A stretch of 64,000 nt of DNA. It comes from Octopus vulgaris. Its lineage: Eukaryota. This document shows, in pieces, positions 51,848-64,000 of this stretch (its first letter is position 1; every line of letters starts with the position of its first letter). The translations under genes and the position numbers were made by a program. The notes under the pieces are model-generated. The model was not told where the DNA came from and did no database searches. It was given only the letters and a program-made list of their open reading frames with translations. The DNA is taken from positions 74,772,001-74,836,000 of the forward strand of contig OX597816.1 of the NCBI GenBank assembly GCA_951406725.2. The letters run 5' to 3'.

Positions 51848-52394
51848 GAGTGAGAGAGCAGTGCATGCCATCAAAGTGACACTGGGGTAAAATATGCGAA
51901 GCCCAGTATATCCATCATGACTTCCTGTCTGATAAGGGTACATTAGGCACATGCATCACAACCATATGTGCACGACATGGTGATCTCATATCAAGATAAA
52001 CATCACATGACCCTGCAAGTGGGGCCCAGTTAGAATTTTCTTCTGGTCGAGTGACCCATCCAGCTCAAAAGGTCCCTGAATAAGGATTGTTTAAGGATGT
52101 TGAACGAACCACCCATGTTTCCAAAGGGGAATTATCCAAACCTCCAAGAATCCCTCTCAACACATGGCTATGATGCTTCCCCACTACTTCTGCTCGTGAT
52201 CAGAGATGCACATATCGTCAGTCACTAAAGGACATGCTCAACTGGTTACGGTCAAACAACTAACAAGCAAATCTGTGGTATTGAGCAAGAATATTTACTG
52301 TAGCCCATCTTTTATACGAAAACAAAACAATGTACATGATAACACTTCCAATCAGAAGCCACGAGATCCACTGCCTGGTACTGCATCGGGGCAT
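51848..52394. mobile_element. ~550-bp (TTA)n-bounded element, full copy
   Basis: Colinear with 37309-37861; (TTA)n at 51787-51847 and 52399-52444. Confidence 0.88.
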
Positions 52395-52396
52395 AA

Positions 52397-52445
<49 letters not shown>

Positions 52446-54070
52446 GTAAGTATTGTTATAATGAAGTTATTAATAGTTAAAAATAATTATACATTGGTCT
52501 CAAAACTTAAGCTTGTAAATTTAAATCGTTTGCCCCTCTTATCAAGTAGCCCTCTGAATTAACATCCCTCTAATCGAAGCAAACCTGCAGTGTGTCACTC
52601 TCTGTCATTTTGTGTGTGTTTGCGTGTGTTTGCATCTGCATGTGACTGGATTCAGTAATTGTAATTAAAAATTTCCAACATAAGCACAGAGCCAGAAAAT
52701 CGATAGGAAGTTGTTTAATCCGACTCTAAGACTTTTGATTATGCAAGCATGAAATCGACTTCGGCGGATTTGAACGAAGAACATAAAGATGTTACGAAAA
52801 AATTGGTTAACAATTTAAACACGAAACCAGTTATTTTGAATTAAGATACCAGTTATGGATACCATCGACCCTACTAATTGACTATTACCTTATTTTGTCA
52901 AAGCCAGTGGCGGAGTGAATGAAAACCAAAGGTGACATTGACGAAATTTGAACTAAACAATCCTTTATACTATAGATACAAGGATTATATTTTGGGGTGG
53001 GATGGGACAAGTCGATTACAACCACCACAGTATTCAGCTGGTAAATATGAAAGGCATAGTCTACCTCAGACTATGAACTTAGAGCGTAAAGCCGGAACAA
53101 AATGGCACCAAGCATTTTGTCCAACGTGCTAACAATTCTGTCAGCATGCCGCCTTAGATTTGAACTAAATATTAACGTGTGTTTTTCTTCATCTGCCAAT
53201 CCTGTCCACTCCTAAATACAACAATGTAATTAAGGTAGTAAATTGTGGCCAGTTAATACAAGGGGGTTAACCATTTCTTTCAAATATTTGGCGTGATTAG
53301 AAGTTTGCATTTGAAATTTAGGAACAAGGAAAAAGATACACAGAATACGCATCCTTAATTTGTATTCTTTCTTTTTTGGCGCTTGCTTATTGCGAAGTTC
53401 TCAAAATATCTCGTCAGTGATAATCACGTATCGCACTCTATCATTCTTTCTAGAAATTATCCACATGGCATAACCTGAGATATATTAATTAAAGATTCTA
53501 TGGAGTGAAACAGTTCTTAAAGGTGGAAAATAACTACAGTCTGCAAGAAAATGATGGAATCTATGTTTTATTTTTCCTTTTATCGTTTTTCTTTTTCTTT
53601 ATAGACCGTTCAATTTCAATCAAAAGCATTATTTTCCACTTGCTTCTATTTTTCGACGATGTATAATATGTGAGTGTGTATGTGTGAGTCTGTTTGTGTA
53701 TGTATGTGTGTCTGTGTGTGTCTGTGTGTATGATTATGGGCGTGTGTGTATGCTTGTAAGTATTCTCCCTATTAAAATAGAAAATTATTTAAAATCCGTT
53801 CCAAAGAGATGTATTATTTCTAATACTCGACAGCGTGGTATAATACACATTTCTCTCTAACAAGGTCATTCATGGAATACTGTTCATATTTTTGTGACGG
53901 CAATTTTTCACCATCACTTGAATGCATTGGATACTATCCAAATAAACACTCTTCGTATACATATATATGTAAGTAGGTGTGTGGATGTGTAGGTGTACAG
54001 ATGTATACGTATTTAAGTATACATATATACATAAACTTATATATACACACACTCACGCATATATACATAC

Positions 54071-54116
<46 letters not shown>

Positions 54117-54302
54117 CGCAGTTATACTGAAAATACATTTTGCGTTAAATGCGAATTAACGAGATACTGAATTATGAAGAAAAGAAACAGATTTAGAACA
54201 ATAATACATACAGTGATGTATAAATACAACTAATCTGAACACTCACATGAATATAATGCCAACCCAATATTGCCACATATTGAAATGAATACATGTATAA
54301 TA

Positions 54303-54620
54303 CTAGCCCTCCCGGCGGTTTACTGCTGGTTTGTGCAGTATTATCTTTTCTCTTGTTTCAGTCAATAAACTACGGCCATGCGGGAACACTACTCTGAAGG
54401 ATTTTAGTCGAACAAAACGACACCAGGAATTTTTTCTTTAAAGTCTAGTACTTATTCTATCAGTTTCTTTTGCCGAACTGCTAAGATACAGGGACATAAA
54501 CACACACCCTCGGTTGTCAAGCGATGGTGGGGTGGGGTAGGGGCAAACACAGTCACAAAGACACATTGATAGGTATATATATATATATGCTGCCCCAACA
54601 TGGCCACAGTTTGATAAAAG

Positions 54621-54712
<92 letters not shown>

Positions 54713-55033
54713 TATATACATTTCTATATGTACATAACTACATATATATGTGCATGCATATTTGGATACAGGACATCAAAAAAAAACCGTAGACAGAATG
54801 AAAAACGAGAACATAAAAACCAAAACATAGAAAACGAACTTTTTTTCAAACAACGAAAAAAACAGAGAAACGAGACATGCAACATAAAGAACATTCCCTT
54901 CATCAGTTGTTCCCTGTTTTATCTACTCCGCGTAGATTCGCGACTTTCTTTAAAACAGTCCTTCCCGCAAAGCAAATTAAATAAAATTTGGGATTTTTTG
55001 CGGAGGGTGAAGGTGGTAACAAAATCAGGACAT

Positions 55034-55070
<37 letters not shown>

Positions 55071-56090
55071 GACTTCTTTCAGTTTCAGTCTACCAAATCT
55101 ATTCATAAGACTTTGGTCGGCCCAAGGCTAAAGTAGAAGACACGTGCGCAGAGTGTTACGCAGTGGGACTGAACCAAGAGCCATGTAGTTGAGAATCAAA
55201 CTTCTTAGTACACATCCACATCTGCACCTCTCATCTTTTCCATGTGTCATTTCCGTTCAAGACCACCACCTAGTATCATGGGTACCTTTATCAAAGTTCA
55301 CTCTGAACAAGCATTCAGACCAGATATCTGCTTTGAGAATATCTTCCTCTCACCAATCACCGAGCCCCTGTAAAAGTTCACGAGAGCACCCTTCCTTTTG
55401 GAATTTGAGAAAAAAATTAGAAATTCTTAGAGATACTCAGAAGGAGCGGAGATTGGTGGAGGTTTTGAGTAGCTTCCCCTTAAAAGACAATTTTTTCTTC
55501 ATTTTATTTTTTGTTTTTCGTATTCTATTGGTTCAAATACCTGAGATGACCATTCTGGTGAAAAGGGGGGAAAAATCAGAAATTCGAAGAGATTTTCGGT
55601 AGCAAGAAGGGGTTTGGGCGGAGTTTAGGAGTAGTTTTCCCTTAAGAGACAATTTTTAATTTATTTCTTTTATATTATTATTTTTATTTTTTATATTCCA
55701 TTGTTTCAAACACTACTCTGGAGAAAGAAATTCAGAATTATATTTTTACCGATTTTTTTGCTCTCCATAGCAGAATTTCGATGTAGCCCCGCCCTTCTTT
55801 CCTTAAAAGTGTTTTTTTTTTTTTCTTGGTGGTGGGGTTTCGTTTTGAAGTATTTCAGTGTTTCAAATAGCTGAAAATTTTTTTAATACATTTTTTTGTT
55901 TTTGGTCACATTTCCCTAATCCCGTGCCCTTGTGTTCCAAACGCTGACATTTTTCCTGAGGGTAAGAAAATATTTTATCCCTTAACAATTAATAACATCC
56001 TACAAAGTTCCTTGAGATCCATAATAGAAGGAGCCACGCCCATATCCTAGATCGCGTCAATAGAAAGGACCTTCACGTCTTACTATTAGA
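54303..56090 (-). mobile_element. Probable Helitron interrupted by a SINE B (54342-55220), itself split by (TA)n and a Penelope-like piece
   Basis: a|CTAG + hairpin ccggcgg/ctgctgg at 54303-54329; candidate far end tattaga|t at 56090; internal ~80-bp repeats at 55462 and 55623. Pairing of the two ends is inferred. Confidence 0.45.
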
Positions 56091-56248
56091 TTTTTTCGAA
56101 TTGTTTTCATAATTAAACCCTTCTAAGTGTTTCTTTGTTTTTATCATAATTTATGTTTTTTAAACGAGACTCTTATAACACCATTTCAACTTAAAATTAC
56201 TAGTTTTACATTTTTAAATACTTATTAATTACATAAATGTTCAGTTAT

Positions 56249-56298
<50 letters not shown>

Positions 56299-56789
56299 CT
56301 TGATACATGTACTTTTAAAACCAAATGAGTTTTTTTCTCTCTCGTTAAAGAAAACAATACTTTCGTTTCCGTTTTGGCATTTAGAGGAAACCACGATGTT
56401 TACTTAATATATTTTTCTACTTTAAACTTGATATGTAATTCTCTTTCCATTTATTAAATTTAATTCTCCATATTTACCAGGTTTTTGGTGGCGTTTTTTT
56501 TGTTTTGTTTTTTTCACGAGAATGATAAAATGAGAATTCGTTTCGGAAAGTAAACAAAAATACAAATGGAAAATTTTCGAAAGAGAAATTTATGAATGGA
56601 GGTGTATGCTTCTGCAGACGATATTTAAAATTCGAAAGACCGCTACATCGCGAGGAAATTGGGCGAATGGATTTGCAGTAGCATAAAAATATTTTGATTT
56701 GTTACAAATGACGCACGATGGAGCCTCGATGTTGTTCTTGGATCTGCTAAATATATATGAAAAAATCCTTTGATACACTCACATATACC

Positions 56790-57405
56790 ATATTGGTTTC
56801 AAATTTTGACACAAGGTCAGCAATTCCAGAGGGAGAAGTAAGTAGATTACATTGATCCCCAATGTTCAATTTCTACTTATTTTATCGACCCCGAAAGGTT
56901 TGAACGGCAAAGTCAACTTCGGCGGAATTTGAACTCGGAACGTAAAGACGACGAATTGCCACAAAGCATTTTGGTCGGCGTGCTAACGATTCTGCCAGTT
57001 CGCCGTTTTGTGTGAGTATACTATTTGGTTTGGAATTTTGTCACAAAGCCAGCAATTCGAGGGGAAGGGTAAGTCGATTACATCTTACAGCGACCCCATT
57101 GCTCAACTGGTACTCATTTTATCGACCCCAAAAGCTTGAAAGGCAAAGCGACGTCGGCGTAATTCGATCTAGAAATGTAAAGACGATGAAATGCCGCTAA
57201 GAATTTTGGTTGGCGTACTAACGGTTCTCCAAGCTCACCGCCTTTTTCTACTCTAAGCACACAAGCGCCGTAATTTGGAGCGTGGAGGCCAGTCGATTAC
57301 ATCGACCCCTGTACGCAATTGGTAATTAATTTATCGATCCCGAAAGGATGAAAGGCAAAGTCGACCTCGGCAGAATTTGAACTAAGAACGTAAAGACAGA
57401 CGAAA
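56790..57405 (-). mobile_element. Three tandem family-A SINEs
   Basis: Units ~56790-57006, 57022-57243, 57245-57405. Confidence 0.85.
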
Positions 57406-57934
57406 TATATATATATATATATTTAAGAGTTCAACACATGTTACAAATGTTTCAATAACAGGCCGATTTATTTGTACTCGTTGTATTACAACATATGATG
57501 TGATGCTACATAGTTTCCATTATTTTATATGCTAAGTTTTCAGCCATTTGATCAAATACGCATGAGCTATACTAGACTATAGCTCGTATTGAGCCGTCGC
57601 TTTGCTGAACAACCTGCGTAGATGATTTACTTACAGGGATCAAATATTTTTTTGCGGTACATTAGGTCACTCCTTCCATCAAATCAACATTGCCTGTATA
57701 GGTGCATGATGTGTCACACGTCAGTTATCACAGTGATCGCAGGATATTAGGATATTGAGAATATTAGGCTTAGCCTACCATACTGGTCTATACGGCGTCT
57801 TTTCCGGTGGACCGTTCCAAGCATAGGATTTTGATGGCAAGAGTTTTCTTCCTCTTTTATTGGGCCTGATTGTTCGAGAGCACCTACGATGGTCCGTGAA
57901 GAATTTTGCCCAGCTCCCAAGGAGGAACTGCCAC

Positions 57935-58001
<67 letters not shown>

Positions 58002-58145
58002 TACATATATATACACATATACACACAGACATACACACATATACATACACACATATACGTATATATATGTACTCATGCATGTATAAACTACTGCTACGCA
58101 CACGCGTGTGTGCGCAGCAGCAACAGTAGCAGTAGTAGTAGTAGC

Positions 58146-58201
<56 letters not shown>

Positions 58202-58876
58202 GTATGCCACTATTAGTTATACACACACACACACACACACTCACACACATACACGTTCATGTGCCTCGAAAGAAAATCATTCCTATCTTTAGATGTTAGG
58301 GATGCAAGGGGATGGAATAAATACTAACGCATCCAAGGCGTGAAATCTTAGATGAAACAAGAAAGGCTGATGACGATACCATCGTACTTTTCCCATATAC
58401 CAAACACCGGGTACAGTGTTACGTCACAAATACAAGTCAATACCCTAATATAGTAACCGTAACTATAAATGAAAATAGTAAAAGAATAACGGGTACAGTT
58501 AGAAGTGGTAGGAGATACACATATATGACACTTAACCTAGAATAAATTAAAGTATTTATAGAGAGACAATATGTTATAGATCAAGCGGATACTTCTGATT
58601 TCCTCACAGAGCATCAAATCAGCGAACGATAATTTTACCACTTCATAAGGATCTAATTTATCGCTAGCATTACTCCCAGAGGACTTGTTGCCTATTTTCT
58701 TTTCATTTATGTTCACGTATTTTCATTAATGCTCCCGCAAAAGCAACTTTCACAGCACGAGCCAAACACGGCAGCGTCAGTGAGCACCCGGACGCGCGAG
58801 TGTGTGTGTGTGTGCACGAGTGCTCGTTCAATTTCCTTCAAATCACGCCCTACTCTTTGTGTGTGTGTGCGTGTGT

Positions 58877-58922
<46 letters not shown>

Positions 58923-58983
58923 ATGCATGTGTGTGCGTGTGTGTGTATGTGTGAGAGAGAGAGAGAGCGAGAGAGTATGGGTA

Positions 58984-59984
58984 TACTCTTTACTCTTTTA
59001 CTCTTATTTGTTTCAGTCATTTGACTGCAGCCATGCTGGAGCACCGCCTTTAGTCGAGCAAATCGACCCCGGGACTTATTCTTTGTAAGCCCAGTACTTA
59101 TTCTATCGGTCTCTTTTGCCGAACCGCTAAGTGACGGGGACGTAAACACACCAGCATCGGTTGTCAAGTAATGCTAGAGGGACAAACATATACACACACA
59201 TACATATATATATATACATACATTCGACGGGCTTCTTTCAGTTTCCGTCAACCAAATCCACTCACAAGGCTTTGGTCGGCCCGAGGCTATAGCAGAAGAC
59301 ACTTGCCCAAGATGCCACGCAGTGGGACTGAACCTGGAACCATGTGGTTGGTAAGCAAGCTACTTACCACACAGCCACTCCTATGTGTGAAAGAGAGACT
59401 GGTTACATAAATGGTAAAAATGGTAAAAATGGTTCAATACATACAGTGAAGTTTATCCGTTTCATGTTGATTCATTTTCTATCGTAACTATTCAAGCGAC
59501 AAATATATACATATACGTGTGCGCGCGCGCACACACATATATACATATAAACATACGTACATACACACACACATACATATACATACAAACACATACATAC
59601 ATATACGTATGAGTGGCTGTGTGGTAAGTAGCTTGCTTACCAACCACATGGTTCCGGGTTCAGTCCCAATGCGTGGAACCTTGGGCAAGTGTCTTCTACT
59701 ATAGCCTCGAGCCAACCAAAGCCTTGTGTGTGGATTTGGTAGACGGAAACTGAAAGAAGCCCGTAGTATATATGTGTGTGCGTGTGTGCTTATCCCCTCA
59801 ACATCGCTTGACAACCGATGCTGGTGTGTTTACGTCCCCGTAACTTAGCGGTTCGGCAAAAGAGCTCGATAGAAGAAGTACTAGGCTGCTAAAGAATAAG
59901 TCCTGGGGTCAATTTGCTCGACTAAAGATGGTGTTCCAGCATGACCGCAGTCAAATAAGTGAAACAAATAAAAGAGTAAAAGAT
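58984..59984. mobile_element. Head-to-head pair of young, near full-length SINE B copies (58984-59385 minus; 59611-59984 plus)
   Basis: ORF track shows near-identical peptides on opposite strands (RASFSFR.PNP.TRLW.ARGYSRRHLPK). Confidence 0.92.
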
Positions 59985-60096
59985 AATATACATACAGACA
60001 CACACACACATACAAGTATACATGCATGCATACCAATGTACACACACATACATACATACATACATACATACATACATACATACATACATACATACA

Positions 60097-60766
60097 TAAA
60101 ATGTGATAGCCGATGCAAACTTTGTAGAGTTAACACCGAAGATATCACCCACATCATAAGCAGTTGTCCAAAAATGTCATCACAGTATTATCTACCGATG
60201 AGACATGTTTTAGCTGGAACACTCAATAATGAAATCCGTCGGAAGGATAAACTCGAGGACAAAGAAATAAGAACCTACAGTATGGTAGAAGTCATAGCCA
60301 CTCATAATAAAACGGAGTACAGGTGGAATGTTCCAGTGTAGACCTCAATAAAATGTAAGCTATGTACAGTTGTGGAAATTGGCTACCCAGAGGATGTTAA
60401 CATAAAGCTGAAGATCAGTGAAAAAAAGAATATCTATGCTGAACTATTGAGGAATCTGCGATTACTTATCCAGATTAAAAGTTCGGGTTTATACCTGTAA
60501 TTATTGGACCCCTTGGATATGTAACACACTGCCTACATACCAATCTTGAGGAATTAGGCTTCTCAAAAACAGAAAGGAGAAAGCTAATTCGAAGACTACA
60601 GATCCAGTCCATCACTGGAACTGTAAACATTTGTAAAACTTTCCAGTTTATCATTTAAATATATATGAGCATGTCTAGATATGCATCTATATGCATGAGA
60701 ATACATACATAAAACATACAAATCTGCACACACATACATACATACATACATACATACATACATACA
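60097..60766 (+). mobile_element. 5'-truncated R4/Dong-like LINE in (TACA)n
   Basis: KCDSRCKLCRVNTEDITHIISSCPKMSSQYYLPMRH; near-identical to 61622-62300; (TACA)n on both sides. Confidence 0.88.
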
Positions 60767-62440
60767 ATATTCTCAAAGGATGTAAGTTTGGAGTTTGGTC
60801 AGGTTAAATGTTGCTATATGTTTCTTAAAAGGTGGAAAACTATAAACCAGGCTAGTAGCATCTCCGTCAATGATTTGACTGTTTTCCCTGTATCTTACGA
60901 GGAATGTTACCGGTATCAAGGAGTGGATGAAAATATATCTTACAGTGGCACCTGTAACAAAACACTAAAGAATATTAGAGCCAGATAAAGAAAATTGGAA
61001 CTTCAGAACTCTCTACATTCAATAAAACAGAGTGGCCCACAATGTGTTTGCAGTGCCAGTATTCATACCACCATTTGGGCTGCTTGATTGGATGCTTGAT
61101 GAGATCCGAGCCATTGATGCGAAAACCCGAAAAATACTAACAAGCACACATAATTTCCACATAAACAGTGATGTAGACCACCTGTACTTAAAACGTAAAC
61201 AAGGCGGCATGCCTTTGAATGTCGCACTATTTCCCTTCGGCAACATCTTTTAACCACTAAGTGTCGAAGTGCATCCCTTGACCAAGCTTGCATACATGAA
61301 GCTGATAACATCATAAGACTTGTAAGGAAGCTCCTTGAGCAACACTCTTTGTCTGATAACCTAGAATGCATGCCCAAAATGTCGCACGACTCTACCGCGA
61401 CATATCATCAGATGAAAGGATGAGCCTTTATGAGCAGAAGACTGTGCATGGATATGTTAGTAGAAAGCTCCCTGATGATAGAAACATCGATCACCAAAGC
61501 GGTTTATCATGGACGAATAGCCGGATTATTACCTCCCACTTTGAAGGGTATGCGTTTGCAATCCAGCAAATATCAACCAAGTACCTGATGCACAAAAGGG
61601 ATAGAGATGCAGGAAAAGCCGTAAAATGTGACAACCGATGCAGACTTTGTTGAGTTCACACTGAAGATATCACCCACATCATAAGCAGTTGTCCGAAAAT
61701 GTCACCACGGTATTATCTACCAATGACACATGATGTTGTAGTTAGGACACTGTATAATGGAATCCGTCGGAAGGATAATCCCGTGGACTAAGAAATAAAA
61801 ACCTACAATATGGTAGAAGCCATAGCAACTCATAATGAAATGGAATACTGGTGGAATGTATGCACAACAGACCTAATATAATGATTTGGGATAGAAAACA
61901 GAAGCTGTGCACAGTTGGGGAAATTAGCTTTCCAGAGGATGTTAACATAAAGCTGAAGATCAGTGAAAAAGAGAACACTTATGCTGAGCTATTGGGAAAT
62001 CTGCAGTTACTCTATCCAGATTACATGTTCAGGTTTATACCTGTAATTATTGGAGCCCTGGGATATATAACACACTGCCTAAATACCAATCTTGAGAAAT
62101 TAAGCTCCTCAAAACCAGAAAGGAGAAAGCTAATTCGAAGACTACACATCCAATCCATTACTGGAACTGTAACAATCTGTAAAACTTTCCAGAAGTTTAT
62201 CATTTAAATATATATGAGCATGTCTAGATATGCAACTATATGCATGTGAATACATACATAAAACATACAAATCTGCACCCACATACATACATACATACAT
62301 ACATACAAACAAAAATACCCTGTTGCTGATGTTGAAATTCCAATGAAGGCCCTTGGATCTAGGTTAGAAACCAGCTCTTTCTCTATTGGCAAGAAGTCTT
62401 GAAATGAAACTGAACAATGACGTACATACATACATACATA
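60767..62440 (+). mobile_element. Longer 5'-truncated R4/Dong-like LINE (RT C-terminus, CCHC, restriction-like endonuclease, 3'UTR) in (TACA)n
   Basis: EFGQVKC…YRYQG, LYLKRKQGG, HGY, CDNRCRLC…HIISSC, NRPNIMIWDRKQKLCTVGEISFP…EKENTY, FIPVIIGALG; ends gacgtacatacatacat. Confidence 0.9.
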
Positions 62441-63295
62441 GAAGAAATGCTAATTATGTAGTCAAGGTAAGCAGTGATTGCCCAGACTAAAACTGTAACA
62501 TTTAAATTATTTAAATGCTAGTTTACTCACTACAGTCCTTTTATGTGCTTACTACAAAATTTTACAACTGCTTACGCCGGCGTCGCACATAATCAGGTCT
62601 AATTTCGATATTGATTTCCTGTCATGAAGTAAAAACTCCCAAAGTCATTTCAGGGTTGTCTCTCTTGCAGTACACGTTGCTGATGATAGCCAGTTAACTA
62701 GAAATACATTTACCGTTCCACAAGAGAGTGCCATGAAATGACTGTTGGTGTTTTCAACACCCATTGCCAAAAACGAGAATTTTCTCAATGCCAAATAGCA
62801 GTGAATACGGCATTTTTTTAGATCAAATACGTCCTATACACATTCTAACTGATCTAAATGTTTATTTAAATGATTAAAGCTATAAATGATTTTCAGATAC
62901 CGAATACCAAGCATTTAATGCACGGTATTCGATGTACAACTCAGTAAATTGCCTCTATATTTATATGAGAAAGGCACAACTCCCCCTACCTTTCAAGTTC
63001 AATGTATATAATATGAGAGGAACTATAAAAAACACTGTGATCTCTAGAATTATAGTTGCTATGAAGGCAGGGATTATCTTACCTTCATTTTAAGTCAATG
63101 CAGAAGGAGGAGTGCCTGTGCGTTTGTGTGTTTGCGTGCGTGAGGTAGTGTCATATTGCATGTATTTTACACTGAGCTTAAGCTATGTTACGTTATATTG
63201 CGCCTGTGTTTGCATAAATTAATTGAGCTAATTTTCAGAAACGCTTATTTTATTTCTTAAGTGTATTGATAAAACTAATAATAAATATGCATTTT

Positions 63296-63330
63296 AGTGT
63301 GTATGTATACACACACAAATACACGCATAC

Positions 63331-63361
<31 letters not shown>

Positions 63362-63580
63362 CATACATATATATATATACATACATACATATATATACAT
63401 ACATACATATACATACATATATATATACATACATACATATACATACATACATATACATACATACATATACATACATACATATATATATATATATATGTAT
63501 ATGTATATATATATATGTATGTATGTATTTATGTATGTATTTATGTATGTATTTATGTATGTATATATGTTTGTATGTAT
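63296..63580. repeat. Compound (TA)/(TACA)/(TATG)n microsatellite with strand switch at ~63490
   Basis: Direct reading. Confidence 0.95.
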
Positions 63581-64000
63581 GGAGAGAGTAAGAGAAACAG
63601 GGATAGAGAGAGAGAGGGAGGGAATAACAAAATAAAATGTGTGGGTTGTATGTACGAACTCCTCTAAAAAAATAGCGTAAACAACATTATATATGCTACA
63701 TGGAACTTTGTATATATAACAGTATTTATGTTTGTTTAAATGTATATGAACATACAACCTACTGAACTTTATATGTATAGGCAGTATATAATATGTATGA
63801 GTGTACAAAGGTATGTGTGTATATGTATGTATGTATGTATATATATATGTATATATATATGTGTGTGTATGTATGTGTGTGTGCGAAGGTATCCATACGC
63901 ACACCACATACGCGGTCATACTCCTTTTGCACTGAAATACAAAAATAAAAAAATGTATAACTCAGTACATTTCTTGTTAAAATTTTAACATATTGCCTCA

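Noticed and set aside
57629-57745. Minus-strand GTAAGT donor suggesting an exon
   Set aside because: The upstream sequence matches the SINE C-variant tail at 21815-21905.

Overview
AT-rich, repeat-saturated eukaryotic DNA that looks intronic or intergenic. The tRNA-derived SINE families and the very high microsatellite density point to an octopod cephalopod genome (inference from recalled repeat content, not a database result). I can support no intact cellular protein-coding gene; almost all ORF-track entries are microsatellite or SINE translations. The window holds dozens of copies of three tRNA-headed SINE families, a decayed 2.2 kb L1/Tx1-clade LINE, and at least five R4/Dong-like (CCHC + restriction-like endonuclease) LINE ends sitting in (TACA)n or (TAA)n tracts. 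It also has RTE and CR1-like remnants, a decayed mariner with two mariner MITEs, a palindromic Tc1-type element, Helitron/Helentron-type non-autonomous elements, a truncated tRNA-Val(TAC) pseudogene, a SINE-like 69-bp minisatellite and several Penelope-like ends with minimal hammerhead motifs. The most notable structure is a young (~98% identical arms) 495-bp palindrome at 33977-34471. Each arm carries a type I hammerhead-ribozyme motif at the tip of a long rod-like stem, so one ribozyme is encoded per strand. A second theme is repeated local fold-back duplication and short templated insertion centred on (TA)n and (TTA)n(TAA)n tracts.
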